From: a phage
Assembly (NCBI GenBank): GCA_026165385.1
Contig: GCA_026165385.1_4524.1
DNA length: 64,000 bases
Strand: one strand, 5' to 3'
This document shows, piece after piece, positions 19,919-30,242 of this stretch (the first letter of the stretch is position 1; each line of letters opens with the position of its first letter). A program made the position numbers and the translations under genes. Below the pieces are notes generated by a model. The model was not told the origin of the DNA and ran no database searches. It was given only the letters and a program-made list of their open reading frames with translations.

Positions 19919-21687
19919 AACCTGAAGAAATGAAATCCATGCGTAGAAATAAGGTCATTGCCGATAATAAACCACAAAAAGTAGCTGCAACAGCAGCTAC
20001 CGATTCATTAGAAGCATTGAATGACATTTCATCAAAACTAGACGATGTCCAAGCCGCGTCTGAACTCACATCACAAAGTGTAGAAGATAAAGGCAATGGA
20101 ATTATTGAATCAATTGGAGACTTAAAGAATTCGACAGATAATACTGCTGAAGGCACAGAGCTTATCGCAGAAGTTATTGAAAAACAAACTGAAGTCACTA
20201 AAAGTATAAACGAAGTTTCTAGTGCAATAAGCTCTAAGTTAGACCGATTAGCTACATTATTAGAGCAAAAATTACAAACATCTACCGCTATTCAAAATAC
20301 AGGAGGCACCTCTCTTGAAGTAATTGAGAACGCTATACCTGTTAAAGTGGTTGAGAATGAAACTTCTGATGAGTTGTTTAAAGCATTACCTACACCTGAA
20401 AAGATTGATAATAAGCCAGACGAAGATTTCTTCCCAGCCCCGGTTCAAGAAAGTGCTAATTCTACTTCCGATTCTAAAGGCGGAATTAGCTTTAAATTGA
20501 GCGATAAAATTGCAATGCTCACCAAAACAGTTCAAACCGGGTTTAATAAATCAATATCAATTTCAGACAGAATTGCTGGAATGCTTTTCAAATACACTAT
20601 AACGGCTGCTATTGAAGCAGCAAAAATGGCTGCGCTTATTCTTGGTATTGTTATCGGTATTGATTTATTGATAGTCCATTTCAAATATTGGACAGACAAA
20701 TTCACTTCTGCCTGGGATTTATTTGATGAAAACTTTACTAAATTCTCCGATGAAGCTAAAGAGTGGGGTAAATTCTTAAGTGATATATTCACTTCTATTG
20801 ACTCGATAAAACAATTGTGGGAAGCTGGAGACTGGGGTGGTTTAACCGTTGCTATTGTCAAAGGTGTAGGAACAGCATTAATGAACTTAGGTGAACTAAT
20901 TCAATTAGGAATGGCTAAACTCTCCGCGTCTATATTGCGTGCTATAGGTTTTGGTGATACCGCAGACGAAATAGAAGGACGTGCTTTAGAAGGATTCCAA
21001 GAAACTACTGGGAACAAATTAAAGAAAGAAGACCAAGAGAAAGTCGCTAAATATCAAATGAAACGTGACGATGGGGAATTAGGAACCGTTTCTAAAGGTC
21101 TTGATATGTTACAACGCGGCAAAACATTCGTTACTAACTGGGTTCGTGGTAATGACAATAAAGAAGAGTTTAGTACAAGTGATGAGCGCGCTGCGGAATC
21201 AGCAAAATTAAAAGAGTTACCTGAAGAGGAACGTAAAGAGGCGTACATAAAAGCGAATGAAACTCGTGCTGCACTAGTTAGATTTGAGGATTATATCGAT
21301 AAAATCGATATGACTAATCCGGAAAATGCTAAAAACGTCGAGAAGTCTTATGCTGATTTAAGTAAACTTATTAAAGACCCTGAACTTAATAAAACTCCTG
21401 TTGTTAAAAAGGAAATAGATGCTAGATTTGAAAAGCTAAATAATAAAATGGCTGAAGCCAAAAAGGCCCAGACAACAGTTAAGCCTGAATCTTCATCTAA
21501 ATCTCCGGAAGCAAAACAAGTTCAGTCAATAGAGAAAGGACGTGCTTCTGAATCTAAACAACAGCAACCGGTAGCGGCGATTAGTAACACAAATAATGTC
21601 GTCAAAAAGAATACCGTAGTCCAGAATATGACCCCTGTAACAAGTACAACGGCTCCTGGAATTTTCCATGCCACCGGTGTTAATTAA
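19915..21687 (+). CDS. 29: Baseplate hub/tail length determinator gp29
   Basis: 590 aa, same as T4 gp29; position. Confidence 0.9.
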   Translation: MKPEEMKSMRRNKVIADNKPQKVAATAATDSLEALNDISSKLDDVQAASELTSQSVEDKGNGIIESIGDLKNSTDNTAEGTELIAEVIEKQTEVTKSINEVSSAISSKLDRLATLLEQKLQTSTAIQNTGGTSLEVIENAIPVKVVENETSDELFKALPTPEKIDNKPDEDFFPAPVQESANSTSDSKGGISFKLSDKIAMLTKTVQTGFNKSISISDRIAGMLFKYTITAAIEAAKMAALILGIVIGIDLLIVHFKYWTDKFTSAWDLFDENFTKFSDEAKEWGKFLSDIFTSIDSIKQLWEAGDWGGLTVAIVKGVGTALMNLGELIQLGMAKLSASILRAIGFGDTADEIEGRALEGFQETTGNKLKKEDQEKVAKYQMKRDDGELGTVSKGLDMLQRGKTFVTNWVRGNDNKEEFSTSDERAAESAKLKELPEEERKEAYIKANETRAALVRFEDYIDKIDMTNPENAKNVEKSYADLSKLIKDPELNKTPVVKKEIDARFEKLNNKMAEAKKAQTTVKPESSSKSPEAKQVQSIEKGRASESKQQQPVAAISNTNNVVKKNTVVQNMTPVTSTTAPGIFHATGVN

Positions 21688-21698
21688 GGATTATTATT

Positions 21699-22808
21699 AT
21701 GATTAGTGTAAAAGAAATAGTAGTAGATGCAAAGGATTTAAATAAAGCGATACCAGTCTCAGAAAGTGCTGGGCAAAGCACTAAAACCGAAACAACTACT
21801 AAAACTTATGTTGCTCAATTTCCTACAGGAAGAGCAGCCGGAAATGACTCCACAGGAGACTTCCAGGTAACAGACCTTTATAAGAATGGATTATTATTTA
21901 CCGCGTACAATATGTCTGCACGCGATTCAGGATCCCTCAGGAATTTACGTCCAGCATACGCCGGGACTTCATCTAACGGTATCATATCAGATTTAACTGA
22001 TAATGTGAAAGATGCAGTGACTAAATTCTCTAATGGGTTGCTTCCTGCTGGAGCTAATAAATCTACCATAAATAAAACTCCTGTTGCTAATATACTTTTG
22101 CCGCGTTCCAAATCTGACGTTGATACAACTTCACATCGTTTTAATGATATCGGTGATAGCCTTATTACTAAAGGTGGAGGTACTGCTACAGGTGTTTTAA
22201 GTAACATTGCCTCTACGGCAGTTTTTGGCGCATTAGATTCTATTACTCAAGGGCTTATGGCTGATAATAACGAACAGATTTATACGACTTCTCGTAGTAT
22301 GTATGGTGGTGCTGAGAACCGTACTAAAGTCTTTACATGGGATTTAACTCCACGTTCAACTGAAGACCTTATGGCTATTATAAACATTTACCAGTATTTT
22401 AACTATTTCTCATATGGTGAGACCGGTAAATCACAATACGCCCAAGAGATTAAAAGTTATTTAGATGAATGGTACCGTTCAACGTTTATTGAGCCTATGA
22501 CGCCAGACGATGCAGTAAAAAATAAGACATTGTTTGAAAAGATTACTGCGTCATTAACAAATGTATTAGTTGTAAGCAACCCTACAATTTGGATGGTTAA
22601 AAACTTTGGACACACATCTAAATTTGACGGGTTAACTGATGTATTTGGCCCATGCCAAATTCAAAGCGTACGTTTTGATAAAACTCCAAATGGACAATTT
22701 AATGGTCTTGCTGTTGCTCCTAACTTACCGTCAACATTTACGTTAGAGATAACAATGCGAGAAATTATTACATTAAACCGTTCTTCACTTTATGCGGGGA
22801 CTTTCTAA
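21699..22808 (+). CDS. 48: Baseplate tail tube cap gp48
   Basis: 369 aa (T4 364); position after gene 29. Confidence 0.88.
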   Translation: MISVKEIVVDAKDLNKAIPVSESAGQSTKTETTTKTYVAQFPTGRAAGNDSTGDFQVTDLYKNGLLFTAYNMSARDSGSLRNLRPAYAGTSSNGIISDLTDNVKDAVTKFSNGLLPAGANKSTINKTPVANILLPRSKSDVDTTSHRFNDIGDSLITKGGGTATGVLSNIASTAVFGALDSITQGLMADNNEQIYTTSRSMYGGAENRTKVFTWDLTPRSTEDLMAIINIYQYFNYFSYGETGKSQYAQEIKSYLDEWYRSTFIEPMTPDDAVKNKTLFEKITASLTNVLVVSNPTIWMVKNFGHTSKFDGLTDVFGPCQIQSVRFDKTPNGQFNGLAVAPNLPSTFTLEITMREIITLNRSSLYAGTF

Positions 22809-23770
22809 TGTACTCTTTAGAAGAATTTAATAACCAAGCTATAAATGCAGATTTCCAACGAAACAATATGTTTAGTTGTGTATTTGCTACTACACCATCA
22901 ACCAAATCGTCTTCACTAATTTCGTCAATTGGTAGTTTTGCTTATAATAACTTAGGGTTGGATTCTGATTGGTTAGGATTAACTCAAGGTGATATCAATC
23001 AGGGCGTAACAACCCTGATTACAGCAGGAACACAGAAATTAATTCGAAAATCAGGTGTAAGTAAATATCTGATTGGAGCAATGAGTCAACGTACGGTACA
23101 AAGCTTGTTAGGTGAGTTCACAGTAGGAGCTTATCTGATAGACTTCTTCAATATGGCATATAATAATACAGGTTTAATGATTTATTCCGTAAAAATGCCT
23201 GAGAACCGATTATCTTATGAAACGGATTTCAACTATAACTCCCCGAACATCCGAATTACCGGCCGAGAAATGGACCCGTTAGTAATAAGCTTTAGAATGG
23301 ATTCCGAAGCATCTAACTTTAGAGCAATGCAGGACTGGGTAAACTCGGTCCAAGACCCTGTAACAGGTCTTCGCGCTTTACCACAAGACGTCGAAGCAGA
23401 TATTCAGGTTAATTTACATGCGCGAAATGGTTTACCACATACCGCTGTCATGTTCACTGGATGTATTCCTGTTAGTGTCTCTTCTCCTGAGTTAACGTAT
23501 GATGGTGATAATCAGATAACAGTTTTTGACGTAACATTTGCTTATCGCGTTATGCAATCAGGTGCTGTAAATAGACAGGCTGCTTTAGAATGGCTGGAAT
23601 CAGGACTTATTAGTAGTGTTTCAGGAATGTTTGGAAATAATCAGAATGATTCTGGGCTAGGAAGTGCAGTATCAAGACTTTCTAGATTAGGTGGGACTGC
23701 TGGAGGTGTGTCTAATATAAACACATTGACAGGTGTGGTGAATTCTGCGTCAAGAGTTTTAGGACTATAA
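22808..23770 (+). CDS. 54: Baseplate tail tube initiator gp54
   Basis: 320 aa as T4 gp54; position. Confidence 0.9.
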   Translation: MYSLEEFNNQAINADFQRNNMFSCVFATTPSTKSSSLISSIGSFAYNNLGLDSDWLGLTQGDINQGVTTLITAGTQKLIRKSGVSKYLIGAMSQRTVQSLLGEFTVGAYLIDFFNMAYNNTGLMIYSVKMPENRLSYETDFNYNSPNIRITGREMDPLVISFRMDSEASNFRAMQDWVNSVQDPVTGLRALPQDVEADIQVNLHARNGLPHTAVMFTGCIPVSVSSPELTYDGDNQITVFDVTFAYRVMQSGAVNRQAALEWLESGLISSVSGMFGNNQNDSGLGSAVSRLSRLGGTAGGVSNINTLTGVVNSASRVLGL

Positions 23771-23775
23771 GAAAA

Positions 23776-23792
23776 GGGAGACAACGTCTCCC
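23776..23792. terminator. Hairpin between convergent gene 54 and ORF 23802..24095
   Basis: GGGAGAC-AAC-GTCTCCC followed by TTTAG. Confidence 0.65.
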
Positions 23793-23801
23793 TTTAGTGG
23801 T

Positions 23802-24095
23802 TTATTTACGGAATGAAAGGAATGCTGGTGCTCGGAACGGAGTATCATCTTTAGAGTATTTAACTAATACGACCATTGGTACCTCTGTTTCTAAATGACC
23901 TGTCACTACACCGATAAAAATTTGATCAGTGTGCTCAGGATCACGAAAGTTTTTAAGAGGTTCCATAGCAATATGGAATGCACCTGGGAATACTCGATTC
24001 AATTCGTCAATCACAGCTTCGTTAAAAGCATCATCCGCTGGGATAGCATCTTCAACTACTAGTTCTTGACCATTAAAGCGAAGCATAGATTTCAT
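23802..24095 (-). CDS. Hypothetical protein (alt.-1/-2 position)
   Basis: Start taken at MKSMLRF, which has a Shine-Dalgarno and an early promoter upstream; the longer track ORF (to 24167) would run into the promoter. Confidence 0.5.
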   Translation of the reverse strand: MKSMLRFNGQELVVEDAIPADDAFNEAVIDELNRVFPGAFHIAMEPLKNFRDPEHTDQIFIGVVTGHLETEVPMVVLVKYSKDDTPFRAPAFLSFRK

Positions 24096-24124
24096 AACGT
24101 TTTCCTCATGTTGTTGATGGGATG

Positions 24125-24154
24125 ATAGTATCACACATCCATGTGTTTGTAAAC
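24125..24154 (-). promoter_or_regulatory. Early-type promoter (GTTTAC-N18-TACTAT) upstream of ORF 23802..24095
   Basis: Minus-strand motif abutting the alt stop codon. Confidence 0.55.
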
Positions 24155-26241
24155 TATCCTTGGACAAATTTAAACGGAACTGATTCCAAATCCATTAAAG
24201 ATGCTAACAATTTCAATCCTTTAGGAGCACTAGTTTTTTCTACAAATGAGGAGAACGATACCGGCTCATCTGATTCGATTTCACCCGTCATAGCAACCAC
24301 CTCGCCTGTTTCCATGAGAACATCACCATCATAAATGACAGCTTCGTCCAACTGGTCCGAGGACATAACTTCAGCTTGAATAAATTTAATGTTAGATTCT
24401 AAACCTGCACCAGTGTCAGATGACGCATCTGTAATTTTATTTATCTGCAAGAGAATGCCTCTAGGCAAAATAATTTCTTGCTCATTAGGGTGATTACTCA
24501 ACTGTCCCGGATAAATCACGTTAACTTTATGAGCGCCATCAATAGCCCATCCAACGTTAACACGGATTTGTTCTGGCGCATGCATAGCTGTTCTTACTTG
24601 ACTAGGAGAAATAGTAACACCTTCGTCGTTATTGTCAATGTTAAGCTCTTTGCGAACTTCTTCAGGAGCAAGTCCAAGGGCAACGTTCTCTTTAAACCCG
24701 CCGAAAATAATAGGAGCTAGTGAAGTGGAAACATAGTTTCTGAAGTAGAATACCTTATTTTTAACCATTGCTTCGTAAATAGGCATTCTGATAGACTGAG
24801 CTCTATATAATGTTAGTCCTTCAGGTAAACGGTCTCCATTTAAAAACGCCGAATCAAGACCATCAATAGCGCGTTTAACTTCATCTTCATCTGCAACATC
24901 ATAAAAATCCGGTTTATAACGGCCTAACAACATATTATTGATATCGGTATACGCAGAAGAGGCATATTCGCGAATAGCTCGTTTTTCAGCAACAGAGTAT
25001 TGTTTAGGGTCCCGATTCATTGTTATATTAAAGGTGCCTCTAGCCGATTCTCGTGCATAAGTATACATCACATTAGACAAGAACGCTGATTTACGTTGTT
25101 TCCAAGTTTTTTCAGATACTTCAGCTAAAACGTCGTCAGCCAGTTGGAAATTATCACGTCTAAAATCTTCAAACCATTCGTCTTTAATAGAGTCTGCAAT
25201 TTCATTTGCAGCTTCAACAAAAGCAGCTAATGCTTTAACAGATGTTGTTTTTTCAGTTTTAATTTTCTTAGCAAACTTTTCTAAAGTTGGCTTAATAACA
25301 CTACCATAAGAAACTTCATCAGCAAATCTAAAGGATTCATCAATACGATTATAAATCTTATTTTCAATATCAGCAACTAAAGTGCCTTTTGCTGTGGACG
25401 ATGCTTGGGCTAGTACGATTTCATATGCTTCGGGAAGTAATTCGGCTGTAGCTGGGCCACTAACTTCTTTAGCAGAATTTTCATATTTCTGGAATAACTC
25501 ACCTTCTTGGCGGTCAGCTTCTAAAGATTGACTTGCTGCAATAGCACGACGAGAAATTTTAGTACGAGCAATAACAGGCTTATCTTTACGTTTTTCTTCT
25601 ACATCAGCAATAGAACCAGCGATGGCCGTTTCTTTGGTGACCTTTTCGCCAGTCTTTTTACTCACATAAACTTCGCCAACATCAGAATCTACTTTCGTGT
25701 ACAACTCTGTGTTAATGTTAGGGATGCCTTTAATATCTTCAATGTTGGCATTTTTACGAACCATCATCACATAGGTGTGTTTACCTGTGAATTGATACAT
25801 TGCCGACAATACTTTAAAACGACCACCGGTTTTAGTAGAAACTAGACGAGCAAGAAGAGTTTGAAGTTGTTGTCCACGTCCTTTCAATTTCTTGGTAGGG
25901 AATCGGAACAGAACCGCATCCATACGAAGAGCTTTAACCTGTTCATATACTGTATTGAAAATGGTGTTGATTGCATCAATAGGAGCAGGACCAAGGCCAT
26001 TTTTTAATTCAGCGAGATTACCCTTTTCAGACAGACTCATAATAACAACATGAGCGTATTTATCGCCAAGTTTAACTTGTTTTACAGCATCGCCTTCAGA
26101 AAGGTAAGAGAATAAGCGAACTACAATATTTGTATCAACATCACCAATTTTCCAGACTTGTGGAACTTTAGCTTTAGGGTTCAAATTGACGACAGGAAGA
26201 CTGCCTTCAGATTCAAACACTTCATTTAATTGTTCAGACAT
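24154..26241 (-). CDS. alt: Alt ADP-ribosyltransferase
   Basis: 695 aa (T4 Alt 682 aa); position between gene 54 and gene 30; similarity to remembered T4 Alt. Confidence 0.88.
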   Translation of the reverse strand: MSEQLNEVFESEGSLPVVNLNPKAKVPQVWKIGDVDTNIVVRLFSYLSEGDAVKQVKLGDKYAHVVIMSLSEKGNLAELKNGLGPAPIDAINTIFNTVYEQVKALRMDAVLFRFPTKKLKGRGQQLQTLLARLVSTKTGGRFKVLSAMYQFTGKHTYVMMVRKNANIEDIKGIPNINTELYTKVDSDVGEVYVSKKTGEKVTKETAIAGSIADVEEKRKDKPVIARTKISRRAIAASQSLEADRQEGELFQKYENSAKEVSGPATAELLPEAYEIVLAQASSTAKGTLVADIENKIYNRIDESFRFADEVSYGSVIKPTLEKFAKKIKTEKTTSVKALAAFVEAANEIADSIKDEWFEDFRRDNFQLADDVLAEVSEKTWKQRKSAFLSNVMYTYARESARGTFNITMNRDPKQYSVAEKRAIREYASSAYTDINNMLLGRYKPDFYDVADEDEVKRAIDGLDSAFLNGDRLPEGLTLYRAQSIRMPIYEAMVKNKVFYFRNYVSTSLAPIIFGGFKENVALGLAPEEVRKELNIDNNDEGVTISPSQVRTAMHAPEQIRVNVGWAIDGAHKVNVIYPGQLSNHPNEQEIILPRGILLQINKITDASSDTGAGLESNIKFIQAEVMSSDQLDEAVIYDGDVLMETGEVVAMTGEIESDEPVSFSSFVEKTSAPKGLKLLASLMDLESVPFKFVQG

Positions 26242-26281
26242 AGTGTTTTCCTTTTAGTAATATCTAATATTTATGCCAGAA

Positions 26282-26299
26282 AAGAGCCCGAAGGCTCTT
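26282..26299 (-). terminator. UUCG-tetraloop hairpin upstream of alt, downstream of the 69 aa ORF
   Basis: AAGAGCC-CGAA-GGCTCTT on plus. Confidence 0.55.
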
Positions 26300-26507
26300 A
26301 ATCCACAATCGGAAGCAAAGTACGATAAACTTCAAAATTAGGGCCTTTTTCATACCCATTAACGTTATCTACGAAAACCCGATACGAATTTTCATTAGGA
26401 AAATCTAATATAATCTGAGAGCAAGAGGTGGAAACATCTCCACCATCCTTCTTAGCTACAATAACTGTTTCTAAATAAGCTTTCATTATAAACCTGTCTG
26501 GGACCAC
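26298..26507 (-). CDS. Hypothetical small protein (alt.1 position)
   Basis: 69 aa ORF between ligase and alt; overlaps the ligase 3' end, so the true start may be internal. Confidence 0.4.
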   Translation of the reverse strand: MVPDRFIMKAYLETVIVAKKDGGDVSTSCSQIILDFPNENSYRVFVDNVNGYEKGPNFEVYRTLLPIVD

Positions 26508-27979
26508 GGTCCAAATACGTCTTCAAATGAATCCGCTTCTGTTTTATCAAAACGGAACCCTTTAATAATTGGAAGGAAAATACCTACAGTACCTTCACGG
26601 CCTTTAGAATGAACCCAACCATTGCATTCACAATCAGCAATACGTCCAATCAATTTACCTTCACGAGCTTCGGTCATTAATCGTTCACGGTCTAAATCAT
26701 GACGCTCGTCTAAAGGAATAAGAACCTTTACACCATCAACTGTTTTATGAGTTGTATCTTTAAACCCTGAACCACAATCGGTTGTAATACGACGACAACG
26801 TGATATGAGTTCGACACCACCTAATTTGTTAGGGTCTTTAGAGTGTTCATAGTATCCTACAACTTCTAAAGCGATATCAATAACTTCTTTAAATTTAATT
26901 AGGTTCTTAGAGCGTTTGTTTTCCCAATATGAATCACGGTTTTTAAGGATAATACCTTCAAGACCTTGGTCAACATATTTTTTATAAACCACTTTAGCTT
27001 CGTCAAGATTACGAACTAACTGATTTTCAATTGGCTCAATTCGCTTAAAGCCTTCAGCCATATTTTCAAGAGCAGCAAAACGAACATCGTATTTCTGACC
27101 TTTAATTTTGCCATCAGAATAGACTTCATCTAAAGGAACATAGTCCCAGGCTTGAAGAACCATACCTTCCGCTTCTTTAGGAGAAATAGTCCCTTGAAGA
27201 GATTTATTTGCTAAACCATTTGAAGTGCTACGGTCTGCAACCTGTACTTCTTCGGATTCTTCATTATCACCAAATAAGAACGACAGGTCATTTCCTGAGC
27301 TCGCAGCCTTTTTAATATCAAATGAATGGTAAACTAATTCACCGTCGATTAAAACCCCATTAGGGTGTCTTTCACGAGCTTCTTTAGTCATTTCCATTAG
27401 TTCATCCGCTAATAGAGTAAGACCATGGTATTCATTACCAGCACGAGAAAAGAATTGAACACCATCATCGCGAACTTCAGCGAAACAACGAGCACCATCG
27501 GCTTTTAATTGAGCAAATGCAGGCCATTTAATATTTTTAGTAATCAATTTCTCATCATATGCAGATGCTAACATCTGTGGTTGCAATTGAATAAGTCCAG
27601 GCCACACCTTATTCGCGATAGACACTGAAGCACCTACTTCAAGGTCGCGCATCATTACACGACGAAGGACTTCTACATCATCAGGTTTACCATCAGCGAT
27701 ATAACCCATGAGCTCTTTAATTGCAGCATTACCAGTGAGTTTACGAGTGGCTAATGTGAACTCAATAAAATCCAACATGTCATCTAATTCAAGAAGACCA
27801 TACGCTTGGGACCTTTCACCTGGTCCTGGCCATTTCTTAATATAATACTGGATACCACGTGCATATGTTAAACGATACACACGTTCAAGTAATTTGTTGT
27901 CCTTATTTTTCTTAAGGATTTCTTGTTTTGTTTTAGTAGAACCGATCGCAGCTATTTGGTTTAAAATATCTAAAATCAT
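26486..27979 (-). CDS. 30: ATP-dependent DNA ligase gp30
   Basis: 497 aa; matches T4 DNA ligase (MILxILNxIA...KADGARCFAEV...EGIILKN...). Confidence 0.97.
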   Translation of the reverse strand: MILDILNQIAAIGSTKTKQEILKKNKDNKLLERVYRLTYARGIQYYIKKWPGPGERSQAYGLLELDDMLDFIEFTLATRKLTGNAAIKELMGYIADGKPDDVEVLRRVMMRDLEVGASVSIANKVWPGLIQLQPQMLASAYDEKLITKNIKWPAFAQLKADGARCFAEVRDDGVQFFSRAGNEYHGLTLLADELMEMTKEARERHPNGVLIDGELVYHSFDIKKAASSGNDLSFLFGDNEESEEVQVADRSTSNGLANKSLQGTISPKEAEGMVLQAWDYVPLDEVYSDGKIKGQKYDVRFAALENMAEGFKRIEPIENQLVRNLDEAKVVYKKYVDQGLEGIILKNRDSYWENKRSKNLIKFKEVIDIALEVVGYYEHSKDPNKLGGVELISRCRRITTDCGSGFKDTTHKTVDGVKVLIPLDERHDLDRERLMTEAREGKLIGRIADCECNGWVHSKGREGTVGIFLPIIKGFRFDKTEADSFEDVFGPWSQTGL

Positions 27980-28245
27980 TTGATGTCCTCGATTTTGGTT
28001 ACGGTTCTATTATAAGCCACTTCATCTAGAAGCGATTTCAGCGTTTTCTGATAAGTGGTAATCCATTTACCAAGCCCTTCAACGTAGTATTCTGAAATGT
28101 AGATGAACCCTTGTTCAACACACTCTTTAAATATTTCTGCGTCTTTTACTGAACGAAACAATGGCCGGTCTCGAAAGAACATGTTAACGTGACCGTAGTC
28201 ACGTGTGGTATTTTTGCCATCTGTAATATCATGAACTACAAACAT
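27976..28245 (-). CDS. Hypothetical protein (30.1 position)
   Basis: 89 aa ORF, start overlapping the ligase stop. Confidence 0.5.
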   Translation of the reverse strand: MFVVHDITDGKNTTRDYGHVNMFFRDRPLFRSVKDAEIFKECVEQGFIYISEYYVEGLGKWITTYQKTLKSLLDEVAYNRTVTKIEDIK

Positions 28246-28254
28246 AATTAACCC

Positions 28255-29079
28255 TTAACAATTTATAGACCAAGTCCATTTAGACGAATCTAAAGGAAAG
28301 TTTTGAATCGTCCACCACGGCTGCATATCAGTTGGTCCTGGGGTTCGCCAGGTATATGGAGTACGTGTTGTCGAGGGGCCACCAATTTGATTAGGCCATG
28401 CGCCTGGACTTGTTGCACCAGATTCTTTAAGCAAATCAGCCAATCGTTTTAAAAGGTCTTCACGATCTGAATCTGAATTATGCCCAGGTGGAACCAAACG
28501 AGATTCAATATCATCCCACGTGTGTACACGTTGTGCAGTGCGAGGAATATCATCACGTTCACCACGAGCCAACCAATAAATCGGTACATTGAGAATTTCT
28601 GCCGCATGGTCACAGTGATGAGCTAAATCGTCAACGTAACAAATCACGTTATATTTTGTTTTAGCTAGTTCAAATAATTGTTCCTTTGAAGAATCATGTC
28701 CACACATCATTACTTCAGAAAAGGCGCCTGGGAACAAAGCATTCAAATTAAATTGTCTATTCAATCGAGCATCAATTGAATCACCTAGCGCCGTCACGGC
28801 TACAAAATTATAGTCTTCTTTTAGTTTATTGATAACTCGAAGAGCATCCGAATAAGGCGCTAAGTAACGAATAAAATCAGAGCGATTATATTTTTCTATT
28901 AATTGTTTACCAAGGTTATCGTCGGTATTGAATAGTTTACCAGGAGAAATAAATTTTTCATCCTGAATCATTTTTAAAATATGTTCTAATGGAAGATTAT
29001 ATTTTTGGGCAAAATAAGGAAGTCCAGATTGCCAGCTTAAACATACACCATCAATATCAGTCAAAATAGTAGGCTTCAT
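28255..29079 (-). CDS. HAD-like hydrolase-fold protein (30.2 position)
   Basis: 274 aa; N-terminal LTDIDGV motif like HAD motif I; Pro/Thr/Trp-rich C-terminal tail. Confidence 0.55.
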   Translation of the reverse strand: MKPTILTDIDGVCLSWQSGLPYFAQKYNLPLEHILKMIQDEKFISPGKLFNTDDNLGKQLIEKYNRSDFIRYLAPYSDALRVINKLKEDYNFVAVTALGDSIDARLNRQFNLNALFPGAFSEVMMCGHDSSKEQLFELAKTKYNVICYVDDLAHHCDHAAEILNVPIYWLARGERDDIPRTAQRVHTWDDIESRLVPPGHNSDSDREDLLKRLADLLKESGATSPGAWPNQIGGPSTTRTPYTWRTPGPTDMQPWWTIQNFPLDSSKWTWSINC

Positions 29080-29543
29080 AAAGAGTCTCTTAATAGGTTT
29101 AACACATCAATAAATTCAGCTTCAGTTAGTATTGTATCATCTTTTGTTAGACCACTAGCCATGCTGTGCTTCAAAATTTTTCCTTTAGAGGCTTGTAAGG
29201 CATCACGAAACCCCTTGTTTTGGATCGCGGCTTCAAAATATGCATTTGTGTATAATTCTTTCCACGCTTCGGAGTATCTTGAAAATGGAACTCCTAACCA
29301 GAAGAGAGTCCCACGGTCCTGAGCTCTTGCATAAGACCTTCCAGCTTGCTGTGCAGCCAATCCATACAACCCAAATATACGTCTTTGTTGTTCAACATTT
29401 TTCACCTTACATCCTTGGAGAAATCCTTCAAGACCTCCGAATTGAATACCATCCATAACAAAAGGCCATTGAGCAAAGTTACTTAATGCACATGACGGCC
29501 ACTTGAAATTACTTCTTATTTCTAATTCAGACATCTTTAACAC
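29076..29543 (-). CDS. NADAR (YbiA-like) domain protein, 30.3 homologue
   Basis: 155 aa; NADAR-family motifs (FxxxSNF, GxxFxxxEQ-like); T4 gp30.3 belongs to this family. Confidence 0.7.
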   Translation of the reverse strand: MLKMSELEIRSNFKWPSCALSNFAQWPFVMDGIQFGGLEGFLQGCKVKNVEQQRRIFGLYGLAAQQAGRSYARAQDRGTLFWLGVPFSRYSEAWKELYTNAYFEAAIQNKGFRDALQASKGKILKHSMASGLTKDDTILTEAEFIDVLNLLRDSL

Positions 29544-29745
29544 TTATAATTTCAACATCAGCCCAATGACCGTATCCAGGTATACGGTCTTCGATAGATA
29601 AATTTCCATCATTTTTAGGCATTTTAATTGACGTAACGTATGGTTCTAAACGGTTTTCTGCATAATATGGAAAAACGTCAGTCACACGATAAGTAACTTC
29701 GATCATTTCTGTACCAAACAATTTCTGCATCAGTTTCTTAAACAT
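29527..29745 (-). CDS. Hypothetical protein
   Basis: 72 aa ORF in the 30.x early cluster. Confidence 0.45.
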   Translation of the reverse strand: MFKKLMQKLFGTEMIEVTYRVTDVFPYYAENRLEPYVTSIKMPKNDGNLSIEDRIPGYGHWADVEIISVKDV

Positions 29746-29746
29746 A

Positions 29747-29941
29747 TTATCCTCGCTTTAAACATTTGATTACAGACAGTTCTTGGCTCATGCGGACGTC
29801 TTCAGTTCCATCAACCCACAGGACTGCATAGGCTTCTTTAATTACATTACCGTTAATTTTAAAAGCAGGTAAAACCTTTGAAATCATTCCGGGGATACCT
29901 ATACCTTTTAACTGGACAGTTTGTGATAAGAATAGTTGCAT
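29747..29941 (-). CDS. Hypothetical protein
   Basis: 64 aa ORF in the 30.x early cluster. Confidence 0.45.
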   Translation of the reverse strand: MQLFLSQTVQLKGIGIPGMISKVLPAFKINGNVIKEAYAVLWVDGTEDVRMSQELSVIKCLKRG

Positions 29942-30228
29942 TAGAACCTCATCTGAAATCCGTGTGATTTAACATTACCGCCATAGATGTCAGAGGTATT
30001 GACTTCACGTGCGGCGCTAGGGTCGATGTTAATATCATGGTTGAGCTTAGTGATTGCTAGGGTGTCACGACCATTGACTGTACGGAATTCTACTGGACAA
30101 ACCACATCAGCATAAGCCTTAATGGATTCACGAGTGGGCTGTTTGTCGGCAGGAACATCTTTACCTGCTTTAGAGAAAACAACTTCACAGAAATTTTTAC
30201 GAGTATCGAAATAAGTGGTCATAAACAT
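29941..30228 (-). CDS. Hypothetical protein
   Basis: Start placed at MFMTTYF with GAGGA 7 nt upstream; the longer track ORF (to 30261) would include the terminator hairpin. Confidence 0.5.
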   Translation of the reverse strand: MFMTTYFDTRKNFCEVVFSKAGKDVPADKQPTRESIKAYADVVCPVEFRTVNGRDTLAITKLNHDINIDPSAAREVNTSDIYGGNVKSHGFQMRF

Positions 30229-30242
30229 AATATTTTCCTCAA

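Noticed and set aside
26268-26275. Near-consensus late promoter (CATAAATA on the minus strand) upstream of alt
   Set aside because: One mismatch from TATAAATA; plausible for alt but too weak to call from sequence alone.
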